Of a DNA stretch of 64,000 nucleotides, positions 30,577 to 40,339 are shown in pieces (the stretch's first letter is position 1; each line of letters begins with the position of its first letter). Made by a program: the position numbers and the translations under genes. Location: contig CAVPNL010000003.1 in NCBI GenBank assembly GCA_963706575.1, positions 96,001 through 160,000 on the forward strand. Reading direction: 5' to 3'. Below the pieces are notes generated by a model. It saw only the letters and a list, made by a program, of their open reading frames with translations. It had not been told where the DNA came from and made no database searches. The stretch comes from an uncultured delta proteobacterium. GTDB lineage: Bacteria; Desulfobacterota; Desulfobacteria; Desulfobacterales; JAHEIW01.

Positions 30577-31335
30577 TTAAGATCTTTGATGATCTGCAAA
30601 TATCGCCGATTTGATGAGCCCGAATTGCGCCAGTCGATAAACCATTGCGGTTTGCAAACATCCGAACCCATATTTAACGCTTCTAAAAAAATTGATTGAA
30701 GAGGCTTCAGCAAAATACTTCGTTGGGCAGCTTACCTCGGCGATTGTATATCCGTACCACAGGACCTGGGCCAGCATCTGGTTGTCAAAAACGAAATCGT
30801 CGGAATTGATTTCTATGGGCAGATTTTCCAGCAACTGTCTTGAAAAGGCGCGATAGCCCGTATGATATTCAGACAACTTCGCTCCCAATAATAAGTTTTC
30901 AACCAGCGACAGCCCTCTGTTTGCAATGTATTTCCATATCGGCATCCCCCCCTTGAGGGCATAGCCACCTAGTATTCTGGAACCCAGTACACAGTGATAC
31001 AGCCCGTTTCCAATCATCGAAGCCATAGCGGGAATGAGTTTAGGCGTATACTGGTAATCCGGATGAACCATAACGATAATATCCCCTCCGGCCTCCAGGG
31101 CCAACCGATAGCATGATTTCTGATTACCGCCGTAACCCTTGTTTTGCGTGTGCTCATGAACGATTGTATTGGGTAGCGTTCTGGCAATTGCAACGGTTTC
31201 ATCATTGCTTCCGTCATCTACAAGAATGACCAGATCGACAATTTTCTGGGCCATCACTTCATCATAAGTTTTGCGCAGCGTTTGAGCTGCATTGTAGGCC
31301 GGCATGACAACGATAATTTTTTGGTCTCGATACAT
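30577..31335 (-). CDS. GT2 polyprenol-phosphate glycosyltransferase (DPM1-like)
   Basis: VVMPAYNA, VDDGSND, GYGGNQK, MVHPDYQY and SEYHTGYRAF motifs. Confidence 0.9.
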   Translation of the reverse strand: MYRDQKIIVVMPAYNAAQTLRKTYDEVMAQKIVDLVILVDDGSNDETVAIARTLPNTIVHEHTQNKGYGGNQKSCYRLALEAGGDIIVMVHPDYQYTPKLIPAMASMIGNGLYHCVLGSRILGGYALKGGMPIWKYIANRGLSLVENLLLGAKLSEYHTGYRAFSRQLLENLPIEINSDDFVFDNQMLAQVLWYGYTIAEVSCPTKYFAEASSINFFRSVKYGFGCLQTAMVYRLAQFGLIKSAIFADHQRS

Positions 31336-31441
31336 GTAATTATTTACTCAAATATATTAATTTTGAATTCCTGAAATTGAGCCTCAATACATCATTTTTG
31401 ATCTTAATTTTCCCATCCTGCCTGAAGATCGGATTCTGATA

Positions 31442-33241
31442 TCATTTGAAATCAATATCGATCTTCCGGGCAGCGTCCGCGTGAATATAAGCGGATAGGA
31501 TTTTGAGATTTGTTCTGGCATCCGCAAGGGTTGGCTTCATCTGTAAAGCTGTCTTAAAGTGGGCAATGGCCTCTGGTATCTTTTTTTTGGATACCATCGC
31601 CGCTCCCAGGCTATTGTGGACTTCCGCATAGTCAGGTTTAATTCTTAGGGTCTCCTGAAAATGAACAATGGCTTCATCAACGCGCCCGATTTTAAGCAGC
31701 AAAACCCCGAAATTGTAGTGAACGCGGGCAAATTCGGGCCTGGCTTTTAGCACCGCATGATAATAAGCAAAACTCTCTTCAATCTTCGACTGAGAAAACA
31801 GCACCGATCCTAAATTGACGTGGGCCTGCTCAAACTCCGGATTGATGCCCAGCGCCTGTTTGTAGTGTTTAATCGCCTGGTCCTTTTGGTCTTGCAAGGC
31901 CAACTCAAATCCGAGATTATTATGGATGACATAGTTATCATTTGTCACACTTAACGCATGTTCAAAGAGCCGGATACTGTTTTTCCAGTAGCTCACCTGG
32001 ATCCAGGTGGTGGTGATCAGTACAAAAAAAATAACTGTGGTGATCACGGACAGGGCTATTTTTTTATAATGCCATTTACCGATAAGGAGCGACGCCCCCC
32101 AGGTCAGGATTAGAAACAAGCCGATGAACGGGATATAAGAGTAACGATCCGCCATAGCCTGAACCCCCACCTGCACAAGCCCGATGACCGGCACAAGCGT
32201 TCCGACATACCAAAACCAGCCGACAAAAAGCCAGGGGAGCCGTTTGCAGTACCGAACAGCCAAAAATGTGATACAACCCAACAGCGCACATCCGGTCAAA
32301 ACCTGCCCGGCGGTTATCACTTCCGGATAGGGGTAAAGAATTGCCAGATCATGGGGCCAGATCAGTTTCTGAATATATTTTACATAAGTCACCGCGGCAT
32401 TGGCCACGCGCATCGTCAGCGGATGAACGTCCAACAGGCCCAGGGCTTCCCCCTTCTTTTGAGCCATAAATGTCACGCCGCATGATAGGCCGGCAAGTAC
32501 AAACAACGGAATTTTCTCATATACCAATTGCAGCAGCGCTAATCCAGGATTCGGTTTGCCGGTATGGTTATTTGTTTGCCCGGCTTTAAATCGATTTAAT
32601 GGCCAGTAGTCCAGCAGCAGCAACACAAATGGCAGTGTCACCACCATAGGCTTGGCCATGAGACCCATCGCAAAAAACCCGACGACTGCTAAATAGCGAA
32701 CCATCACAGGGCGTTGGACAAAGCGGGCATAGCTCCATATGGTCAAAAGCCAGAAAAAGGTGCTGAGAACGTCCTTGCGTTCAGCCACCCAGGCCACAGA
32801 TTCGACATGCAGCGGGTGGAGTGCAAACAGGAGGGCCACGATTCCGCTTTGCCAGACCTGGGCCGTCATCTTCTTGAATATGATAAACAGCAGTAAACTG
32901 TTTAATATGTGAAAAAACAAATTGGTCAGATGGTGAGCGCCTGCATTCATGCCAAAGAGTTCGACGTCCAACATATGCGACAGCCATGTAACCGGGTGCC
33001 AGTTGCTGGCATGGATTGAGGTAAAGGCCCAGATGAAGCCTTCCCTGCTCAGCCCCTGACTTACAAAAAGATTTTGAGTCACATATCTATCATCGTCATA
33101 ACCAATAAACTCATGAGTCCATATCTGGCTGTAAACACAAATAGTTGCCACAACAAGAACCGCACACAGGACAAGATCCAGCCGCATTCCGGGTCTTATA
33201 TTCGAATCGATTGTTTTTTTATGGTTTTCCGATCCCATCAT
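31442..33241 (-). CDS. TMTC-like GT-C membrane glycosyltransferase with C-terminal TPRs (#2)
   Basis: FIGYDD..YV..N, NWHPVTWLSH, LFALHPLHVESVAWVAERKDVLS and ADRYSYIP motifs; TPRs. Confidence 0.85.
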   Translation of the reverse strand: MMGSENHKKTIDSNIRPGMRLDLVLCAVLVVATICVYSQIWTHEFIGYDDDRYVTQNLFVSQGLSREGFIWAFTSIHASNWHPVTWLSHMLDVELFGMNAGAHHLTNLFFHILNSLLLFIIFKKMTAQVWQSGIVALLFALHPLHVESVAWVAERKDVLSTFFWLLTIWSYARFVQRPVMVRYLAVVGFFAMGLMAKPMVVTLPFVLLLLDYWPLNRFKAGQTNNHTGKPNPGLALLQLVYEKIPLFVLAGLSCGVTFMAQKKGEALGLLDVHPLTMRVANAAVTYVKYIQKLIWPHDLAILYPYPEVITAGQVLTGCALLGCITFLAVRYCKRLPWLFVGWFWYVGTLVPVIGLVQVGVQAMADRYSYIPFIGLFLILTWGASLLIGKWHYKKIALSVITTVIFFVLITTTWIQVSYWKNSIRLFEHALSVTNDNYVIHNNLGFELALQDQKDQAIKHYKQALGINPEFEQAHVNLGSVLFSQSKIEESFAYYHAVLKARPEFARVHYNFGVLLLKIGRVDEAIVHFQETLRIKPDYAEVHNSLGAAMVSKKKIPEAIAHFKTALQMKPTLADARTNLKILSAYIHADAARKIDIDFK

Positions 33242-33405
33242 GAATGATACGCGCTTTAATGATTTTAATCGGTTATCAAGAATCTGTTAATTCCAGTCGG
33301 ATAATAACAGTTCTTTTCAAGTATCATACCATAAATTCAATATCTTGGGGCTTGAAATTGTGATAGAAAAGGACATCGGGGCTATTTTCAGATTGTTTTC
33401 TTGGA

Positions 33406-34210
33406 TTATTTTCGCCGGAGAACGATGGTTGCAAACATGGATAACAGATGGTTGAAGGGTTGCAGCCATTTCTCGAACCGCCGGCACAATGGGTAACAGG
33501 CGGCGGGCATTATGCTTTTAAAAACCAACCCCCCCTGACAGCAGATAGCAAAAGGGGGTATGCAAACTGATTTTTTTTACCTGCCATTCAGAGAATCTAT
33601 CTTCAAATTTCCGGCGATCACGATCAAAAACAATCCAGGGCAAAGCTGAATTGGCGCCGGTCAATGGCCCGCCTTTTTGAAAATGCCAGTCCTTAACCTC
33701 GGGGTCAAAAGGTTCGTGGTGCAAATATCGATACACGAATCGAGACCAGGCGGTAACTCAGGGTTCAATCATGATCAGACGGCCACCCGGTTTTAGGATA
33801 TGAGCGGCCTGTGCGAGAAAGGTCGCCGGCCGAGGTATATGATGAAAAACATCAAGCATGACGACCGCACGCACCGATGCATTTTTAAACGGCATGGACT
33901 GGCCATCGAGTTGGATATCAACCGTTGGAATCGCCAGTATTTCCGAGGTGATTAGACCCGGAATATAATCTTTTAAAAACCCGCCGCCAGAGCCGAGTTC
34001 AACAACAGGACCATTGATCTTCCCCGGCAGTAATTCAGATATCGAAATGTAACAGTCTTGATAAAATTGTTTTAAAAAGGGTTTACCCTGGATGATGCTC
34101 GCCCGCCGCAGCGTGTTCTCGGGCGCATCCAGATTAATGTTGCGAGCCGACGGATCAATAAAAATCCGATTCAATTTTTTTCTGCGAAGCATGGTTTTTA
34201 ATTTTTGCAT
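33406..34210 (-). pseudogene. Class I SAM methyltransferase disrupted by an in-frame TGA and a +1 frameshift
   Basis: VELGSGGG...DVFHHIP...MIEP-TGA(33758-33760)-VTAWSRFVYRYLHHEPFDP is in frame. Removing one T at the 33520-33524 homopolymer restores GFKSIMP...FATIVLRRK*. Confidence 0.82.
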
Positions 34211-34226
34211 TGAAATATAAAATCGT

Positions 34227-35090
34227 TCACCTGAGTGATTTCGGCGGGATGGCAATAATATCGGTGGTTGCTCTCAAAGGAATTTGATTGCTAAAATTTT
34301 GAAGCGTTATCTTTTTCCCATTTTTGGCATTAAGCAAGCTGTACCCGAGATTTTCAAAATATTCATAAACCTGCTCAAATTCAATCTGCTGCTCATTCAA
34401 AACATATACGCCTATTTCAAAAACGACAAATGGAAGGTATTTTTTTATTGTTTTACACGCTCCCTTTAGAACCTTATATTCGTGACCGTCAGTATCAATT
34501 TTAATCAGATCGACTCTTTGAATCGCGTTTTCCAGGCAAAAATGATCCAGCGTGACCGCAGGAACCGAATCGGCAGGCTTGATGGTACCACCATGCAAGG
34601 GATGCATATTAGGGGTACTCCCGTCAACCTTCCAACTGGCATAAGCTTTCATTTCATGCATGCGGCTATTTTGATCCGCCAGGAAACACTGGACAGGCGT
34701 TATGCGAGATGCGAATTGGGGATTTAAGGAAATGTTTTTTAGAAGCTTGGCATGGGCATAATCGGTGGGTTCAAAGGCGTAGACATGACCTTTTGACGCC
34801 ACCCTGGCAAATCTAAACGTCATACTGCCGACGTTGGCGCCGACATCTAGAATGACAGCGTCAACAGGTATGGAAAAATATTTATTGCGGGTAACATAAT
34901 CCTGGAAATTCCCAAATACATACAGAGAAAGATCGATGCCTTCGGTCAAATCCACTTCATAAAATACACCTTTTCTCTGGATAACCTGACTGTCTTGGCG
35001 TAAAATCATATGAAACAAAAAATATAGCAGCCTTGCAAGCGCTAACCTCACCCGGGTCATTGGGATTTTCATGAAAAGCGATGTATTCAC
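34227..35090 (-). CDS. FkbM family methyltransferase
   Basis: ILDVGANVG, YAFEP and LIKIDTDGHEYKVLKG motifs. Confidence 0.9.
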   Translation of the reverse strand: MNTSLFMKIPMTRVRLALARLLYFLFHMILRQDSQVIQRKGVFYEVDLTEGIDLSLYVFGNFQDYVTRNKYFSIPVDAVILDVGANVGSMTFRFARVASKGHVYAFEPTDYAHAKLLKNISLNPQFASRITPVQCFLADQNSRMHEMKAYASWKVDGSTPNMHPLHGGTIKPADSVPAVTLDHFCLENAIQRVDLIKIDTDGHEYKVLKGACKTIKKYLPFVVFEIGVYVLNEQQIEFEQVYEYFENLGYSLLNAKNGKKITLQNFSNQIPLRATTDIIAIPPKSLR

Positions 35091-35133
35091 CTGAGCAGTT
35101 ATCCTAGATCCTACAAATTATCCTGGCGGTCTT

Positions 35134-35279
35134 TAGAAGTGGTTTCAAAACCTCAGATCAGGTTCAAGGGCAAGGCGTCAGGCCGATCGGGAAAGCGCAG
35201 CATACATGGGTATGTGAGCATTTACCGGAGGCCTGCAACGCAGCCATTGGGCCTTAGATGGGGTTTTGAAACCACTTCT
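35134..35279. mobile_element. MITE-like element with perfect 18-bp terminal inverted repeats
   Basis: AGAAGTGGTTTCAAAACC (35135-35152) and GGTTTTGAAACCACTTCT (35262-35279); no coding capacity; relatives at 41752 and 59817. Confidence 0.8.
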
Positions 35280-36755
35280 GATGAATTTAATGCGCCTGGC
35301 CGCAAACAAGACCATCTTCAGCAATAACCAGCCATGTCGCCAACGGTCAATATTAGTATCGCCGTAGGATCGCGAGCGATAGCGAATCGGCATTTCTGAA
35401 ATTTTTAAGTTGAGTTTAGTCGCTCCGAATAAAAGATCGAAATCACCGAAGGGATCAAAATCACCAAAATAGGCGCGATTCTCGGCAATTGTTTCGTAAT
35501 CCCGCTTCCATAGTACCTTGGTCCCGCAAAGTGTGTCATTGATCGGTTGGCCCAGCAACCATGAAAACGTCAGACTGAAAAATTTATTTCCCACCATATT
35601 TAAAAATCGCATCGATTGGTTTTCCATCGGATAAATTAATCGCACGCCGTTGATAAATTCACCTTTGCCGGAAACAAGTGCATCGACAAATCGGCTCAGG
35701 TCTTCGGGAGGAACGGTCATATCCGCATCCAATATTAGGAGAATATCGCCTTTGGCCTCGTCAAAACCCATTCGCACTGCATCCCCTTTACCCCGACCGG
35801 ATTGTTGCAGCAATTTACACTTTCGATCGCTGAATCGCTCAATCGCCCGTTCGATGGTCGCATAAGTTTGATCTTTGGAATGGCCTTCAACAAAAAGAAT
35901 TTCGGTTTCCTTGCCGAGTTGGGGAACCCGTTTCAATATAGTTTCGATATTACCGGCCTCATTTCTTGCAGGCACAATAACGGAAACCGTAACGGCGTCG
36001 GCAGATACAGATTGGGCCTCACTCGGAGTTGGTCGAGCAACGGCAACGTTGGTCAATGCAAACCAGCTCAACGGGATAAAATTAACAAGATAGCGGTTTG
36101 CCAGGCTTGATAGAAAATGAATCGGCAGCGGGAAAAGAATCAGCGGTCTGGAATTTATAATCTCGAAGCCGGCAAGTTCCAGCAAGTTATAAATATCATG
36201 CGGTGAAAACCAATTTTGCTCCAATGTATCAAAACCCAGATTCAACCATTTGGCGATGGTAAGCGGCATGCGCCAGAGGTTGTTGAAGAAATTTAATATC
36301 AAGCGCGTTCCGGGATGGGTAAAACGGCGCAATTCTTGTAACATGCCTTGCACGTCCCAAAGATCATTCACAAGGTCCGAAAGAATAATAACATCAAAAT
36401 TTCCTTCAAGCGGTAGATCATGTGCATCGGCCTGAATAAAAGACAGGTTTTCGTGTTTAGCGGCCGCAGATCGGATCATCTCTGCCGAAAAATCAATACC
36501 CACTCCCAAAGCGGGCTCCAGGGCAGCCAGCAGGTCCCCATGACCGCAGCCAACTTCCAGGATTTTCATTCCCGGTGGGATAAGAAACCGGTAATAATAT
36601 CGCAGCAGCTTATGGTAAAAAGCGCCCGGTCGATTCGCGTTTGCCTTTTTTGCAGATACACGGTCCCAGTGAGCCATGCGTTCTTTTTGATAACGCGGCC
36701 TCCAGGGATCCGTGGATTCCTTGTGTGAGATGCTTACGGCTGTCGCAGTTGGCAC
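35178..36755 (-). CDS. Bifunctional class I methyltransferase / DPM1-like GT2; last 33 aa read into a MITE
   Basis: ILEVGCGHG (MTase); VIVPARNE, ILDADMTVPP, NDTLCGTK and DPFGDFDLLFG (GT2). Confidence 0.9.
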   Translation of the reverse strand: MPTATAVSISHKESTDPWRPRYQKERMAHWDRVSAKKANANRPGAFYHKLLRYYYRFLIPPGMKILEVGCGHGDLLAALEPALGVGIDFSAEMIRSAAAKHENLSFIQADAHDLPLEGNFDVIILSDLVNDLWDVQGMLQELRRFTHPGTRLILNFFNNLWRMPLTIAKWLNLGFDTLEQNWFSPHDIYNLLELAGFEIINSRPLILFPLPIHFLSSLANRYLVNFIPLSWFALTNVAVARPTPSEAQSVSADAVTVSVIVPARNEAGNIETILKRVPQLGKETEILFVEGHSKDQTYATIERAIERFSDRKCKLLQQSGRGKGDAVRMGFDEAKGDILLILDADMTVPPEDLSRFVDALVSGKGEFINGVRLIYPMENQSMRFLNMVGNKFFSLTFSWLLGQPINDTLCGTKVLWKRDYETIAENRAYFGDFDPFGDFDLLFGATKLNLKISEMPIRYRSRSYGDTNIDRWRHGWLLLKMVLFAARRIKFIRSGFKTPSKAQWLRCRPPVNAHIPMYAALSRSA

Positions 36756-36760
36756 CAGTT

Positions 36761-39070
36761 TTACCCCTTAAGCCTTGGTTGAAAATTGTCATCATCTCTT
36801 ATGAGATCCAGATCCGAATCGGTTTCGATCAATTCCCAGCGGTCAAAGCCTTTCGCGATTGCCTGATTCAGCCAGCTGATGCCTTGTCGGATCTGTCCTT
36901 TTCTTGAGTAGATACAGGCGATATGATAATCGGCTTCAGCGCTCTGCGGCTTAATCTCACTGATGCGCCGGAATAAATCCAGTTTCTGCTCATATTTTCG
37001 CTTTACCTCCAGAACATTGGCAATCTTGTTTTGATCAAATTCAGTAAATCCGGGCTGAAAGGATAATGTCTTCTGAAGCTGTTTAAGAGCTTCCTCTAAT
37101 TTTTCCTTCTTTTCCAGCAGCGTGATCACCTTAACCTCCAGATCTTGCGTCTGAAAATTAAACTTCAAGGCCTCCCGCATACCGCTGACCGCTTGATCAA
37201 TCCGTTCAAAGAGGGACTGCGCTAATTTCAAATTTTTCTGGCCGTCCCTAAAGGATGGTCTGGTGTGCGTGGCTTTACGAAAACAAAGAATAGCTTCCTC
37301 GATCTTTCCTGTTTGCATTAATGCCAGGCCCAGGCCATTGTATGACTCGGCAAAAAGCGGATTAATCTGCACCGCTTTTGAATAACGGCTGATCGCCGCG
37401 TCGGTTTCGCCCTGCGTCAGTAGTAAATTCCCCAGATTATAATTCGCCTGCGCGAAATCCGGGTCCACCCGTAATGCCTCAAAATAATGACGACTCGCCT
37501 CAGCAGTTTTACCCAGCCTGGCAAGTGCCGCGCCCAAATTGACATGCGCGTCGGCATAATCAGGATTAATGCGAATGGCCTCATGATAGTGCTCAATCGC
37601 TTCTTGAAGACTTCCCATGGAAGTCAGGGCGATTGCCAGATTGCAGTGGACCCCTTCAGGTTCCGGCGGCTCGAGTTCCAGGGCATGTTGATAGTGCCAG
37701 ATCGCCTCACTGCTCCTGCCCTGCGCATTCAGTGCGTTTGCCAGGTTGTTATGCATAGTCCAGGTCCCTCCCGTCGCCTTTATGCCGTGTTCAAAAAGCG
37801 CTACACTATCACGCCAGTGGCTTATTTGGAGGAAGCTGAGAATTAGCAGCGCCGTCAAAACGCTCCCGGACAGGCAACCCAACACAACACGCCGGTATCG
37901 CCAGCGGTTGACAATTTCTGCAACGCCCCAGGCCAACATGATAAACAGCCCGATCTCGGGCACATAGGCCCAGCGATCGGCCATCTCCGGCCACAGTCCC
38001 GCCTGAACGATACCGATTACCGGAATTATCGTGCCCAGATACCACAGCCATCCAACTGCCAGATATGGTTTCTGCTTCAGGTTGCCAAATGCATAAATAG
38101 AAACGATAACCAGAAGTGCGAACGCAGCCAGAGGCTGCCACAGCGGAATTTGCTCCGGAAAGGGATAATAGATTGCCAGATGAGAAGGCCAAATGAGTTT
38201 GCCGATATATTTCACATAGGCTACCAGGCCGTTCGCCAACCGGAGCTTCATCGGCAGATCTTCCAACGATATCACATTGCGCATGCCCGCAACCGATGCC
38301 GAGGACACAACCACAGAAAGCCCAGATAAAATGAATAACGGCAGTTTTTCAAATATTAAGCGCAAGACGCCGGCCGGAGGGAAAAAGCCCGTTCTTTGCA
38401 AAGCGATACGCTTTAGCGGCCAGAAATCCAACAACAAGAGTACAAATGGCAGCGTTACCAGCATAGGCTTGGCCAAAAGACCCAATCCAAAAACGAATAA
38501 GACCACCAGATATCGCAAAATTCCGGGCCGGTGATGATAGCCCGCATAAAGCAGAAGCGTCAGCATCCAAAAAAAGGTGCTGAGCACATTCTTGCGTTCT
38601 GCGACCCAGGCAACCGATTCTACATTGATGGGATGCAAGGCGAACAAAGCTGCCACAAAAGCACTGCGCCAGAGTGCACCGGTCATTCGATTAAAGGTTA
38701 AAAACAACAGCATCGTCGAAATAATATGAAAAAAAACATTGCTCAGATGATGGCGGCCGGCGTCCATTCCATAAAGCGAGACATCCAGCATATGCGAAAG
38801 CCAGGTGATCGGATGCCAATAGTTTCCATCTTTGAGCGCAAAACTGAAAGCCCAGCTCAAGCTTGCCGGGTTTACGCCAGACCGCACAAATGAGTTTTCA
38901 GTAATATAGGTACTATCATCGAAATTGATAAATTCATAATGGCGCACCTTCCCGTAAATCGCCAATATTGACAATATAAGGAGCAGGCAAACGACGAATC
39001 TGGGGTCTATTGCGAAAATGGAAGTTCGCGGTTTTCTCATTTTAACCTTGGGTAAATATATATTTCTCAA
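36761..39070 (-). CDS. TMTC-like GT-C membrane glycosyltransferase with C-terminal TPRs (#1); start may be the ATG at 39040
   Basis: FINFDD..YI..N, YWHPITWLSH, LFALHPINVESVAWVAERKNVLS and ADRWAYVP motifs; TPR array; terminal YHIACIYS TPR. Confidence 0.85.
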   Translation of the reverse strand: MRNIYLPKVKMRKPRTSIFAIDPRFVVCLLLILSILAIYGKVRHYEFINFDDSTYITENSFVRSGVNPASLSWAFSFALKDGNYWHPITWLSHMLDVSLYGMDAGRHHLSNVFFHIISTMLLFLTFNRMTGALWRSAFVAALFALHPINVESVAWVAERKNVLSTFFWMLTLLLYAGYHHRPGILRYLVVLFVFGLGLLAKPMLVTLPFVLLLLDFWPLKRIALQRTGFFPPAGVLRLIFEKLPLFILSGLSVVVSSASVAGMRNVISLEDLPMKLRLANGLVAYVKYIGKLIWPSHLAIYYPFPEQIPLWQPLAAFALLVIVSIYAFGNLKQKPYLAVGWLWYLGTIIPVIGIVQAGLWPEMADRWAYVPEIGLFIMLAWGVAEIVNRWRYRRVVLGCLSGSVLTALLILSFLQISHWRDSVALFEHGIKATGGTWTMHNNLANALNAQGRSSEAIWHYQHALELEPPEPEGVHCNLAIALTSMGSLQEAIEHYHEAIRINPDYADAHVNLGAALARLGKTAEASRHYFEALRVDPDFAQANYNLGNLLLTQGETDAAISRYSKAVQINPLFAESYNGLGLALMQTGKIEEAILCFRKATHTRPSFRDGQKNLKLAQSLFERIDQAVSGMREALKFNFQTQDLEVKVITLLEKKEKLEEALKQLQKTLSFQPGFTEFDQNKIANVLEVKRKYEQKLDLFRRISEIKPQSAEADYHIACIYSRKGQIRQGISWLNQAIAKGFDRWELIETDSDLDLIRDDDNFQPRLKG

Positions 39071-39353
39071 AACACGTTGGGTTGCGGTGGTGATATTAAA
39101 ACATTATATCATGGATTCCATGACTGAAATTTAATTTTTTCGATTTTGGCGCCTTGATGTAAGACCACAGCTAAATTATTATTAAATTCGGGGTCGTCAG
39201 ACAGATAAACAGTTCCCGGAGGACTTTGGACAATCCTTTGCTGAGAATTTTAATTCGAATCATTTAGAATGGATTAGAAAAAGGATCTTAAGGAATATCG
39301 GTAAAAGAAACTCACGGTGATGGTCTAAACTGGGATTATGATATCATCTTTTA

Positions 39354-39392
39354 TAAAAAACAGCAGGGGGGATTTGCATCCCCCCCGTTGTT
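39354..39392 (-). terminator. Intrinsic terminator downstream of the pilin gene
   Basis: Minus strand GGGGGGAT-gcaa-ATCCCCCC stem followed by TGCTGTTTTTT. Confidence 0.7.
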
Positions 39393-39454
39393 CTGTGCTT
39401 CGGTTTTTAAATTAAGTCAGAAAATTTCTTCTTTGGTTCACCATTATCCAGGAA

Positions 39455-39889
39455 TTAATCCATAGCCTTGGTATACGCATGGCCACCAGCGACCCATTTG
39501 TTCGCAGTGCCGGAAGCTGCGCTGGCAGTGGTATAATCTGTCGGACATCTGCCGGCTGCTTCTGTGACCGTAATGGTAATAGTTCCGTCGACGGTTCCGG
39601 CTATACTAACCGTATTCTGACCACCTTTGTCGGTCAGCGTAAAGCCCAAATACTGCGAGTTCCCAGCTGCGGGTGGCAGGATGGTATTTTCCGGAATCGC
39701 AAAATAATCGGAAATCGCGGCCGCAACGTTGTTGGCGTCTGATTCGGCCGAATTACAATAGGACTTGTTACGATAGGCAATAAAGTTCGGAATGGCAATT
39801 GCCGCCAGGACACCGATGATGGCGATAACAATCATCAGCTCGATAAGTGTAAAACCTTTTGAATTGTTTCCTCTTAGTTTCTGTAACAT
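39455..39889 (-). CDS. pilA: Type IVa major pilin
   Basis: Short basic leader, cleavage site KG|FTLIELMIVIAIIGVLAAIAIPNF with E5; GGAGG RBS. Confidence 0.92.
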   Translation of the reverse strand: MLQKLRGNNSKGFTLIELMIVIAIIGVLAAIAIPNFIAYRNKSYCNSAESDANNVAAAISDYFAIPENTILPPAAGNSQYLGFTLTDKGGQNTVSIAGTVDGTITITVTEAAGRCPTDYTTASAASGTANKWVAGGHAYTKAMD

Positions 39890-40028
39890 GTAAAACCTCC
39901 CTTGTGTTTGATGTTTTTTATATTGTTATTTAAGATTAACGAATAGGCTGAATTGTTTTTCCTGTCTTCGCTTGGTTATTCTGACCCCACCCCCTTTTTA
40001 ATTCATCAAAATGTTTGGCGTATAGTAA

Positions 40029-40044
40029 AGCAAAAGCTGTGCCA
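40029..40044 (-). promoter_or_regulatory. Sigma54 -24/-12 promoter of the pilin gene
   Basis: Minus strand TGGCACAGCTTTTGCT, matching TGGCAC-N5-TTGC. Confidence 0.85.
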
Positions 40045-40129
40045 TGATAAATTTTACTTCAAAAAAATTATATATTATTGGAATCATTATAGATAAATTT
40101 AAACCACACAAATGCCTGCAACGAATTGA

Positions 40130-40186
40130 TCTGTCAAAAATTGCTTGTTTACCAATAATGGGCTACCCATTGACAAAATTTGTCAT
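40130..40186. promoter_or_regulatory. Putative enhancer (PilR-type binding) sites
   Basis: Palindrome TGACAAAATTTGTCA (40171-40185) and half-site TGTCAAAAA (~40132), about 90-140 bp upstream of the sigma54 site. Confidence 0.55.
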
Positions 40187-40339
40187 CTAAATCCGGTGGC
40201 GGTCTTTCTCCCGGAACTGCCCCTTACCACCAAGTATCGGTTAATTTCAGGAATTCAATAGGAAAATTTTAGTTGGAATTTCTATAGGAGGGATGTATTG
40301 CGCGGTCAGCCGGCGACGGATAAATCATAACATTCTGAT

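Noticed and set aside
33758..33760. In-frame TGA as selenocysteine, given selC in the window
   Set aside because: The context (IEP*VTAW) suggests Trp rather than a redox Cys, and a second frameshift lesion indicates a pseudogene.
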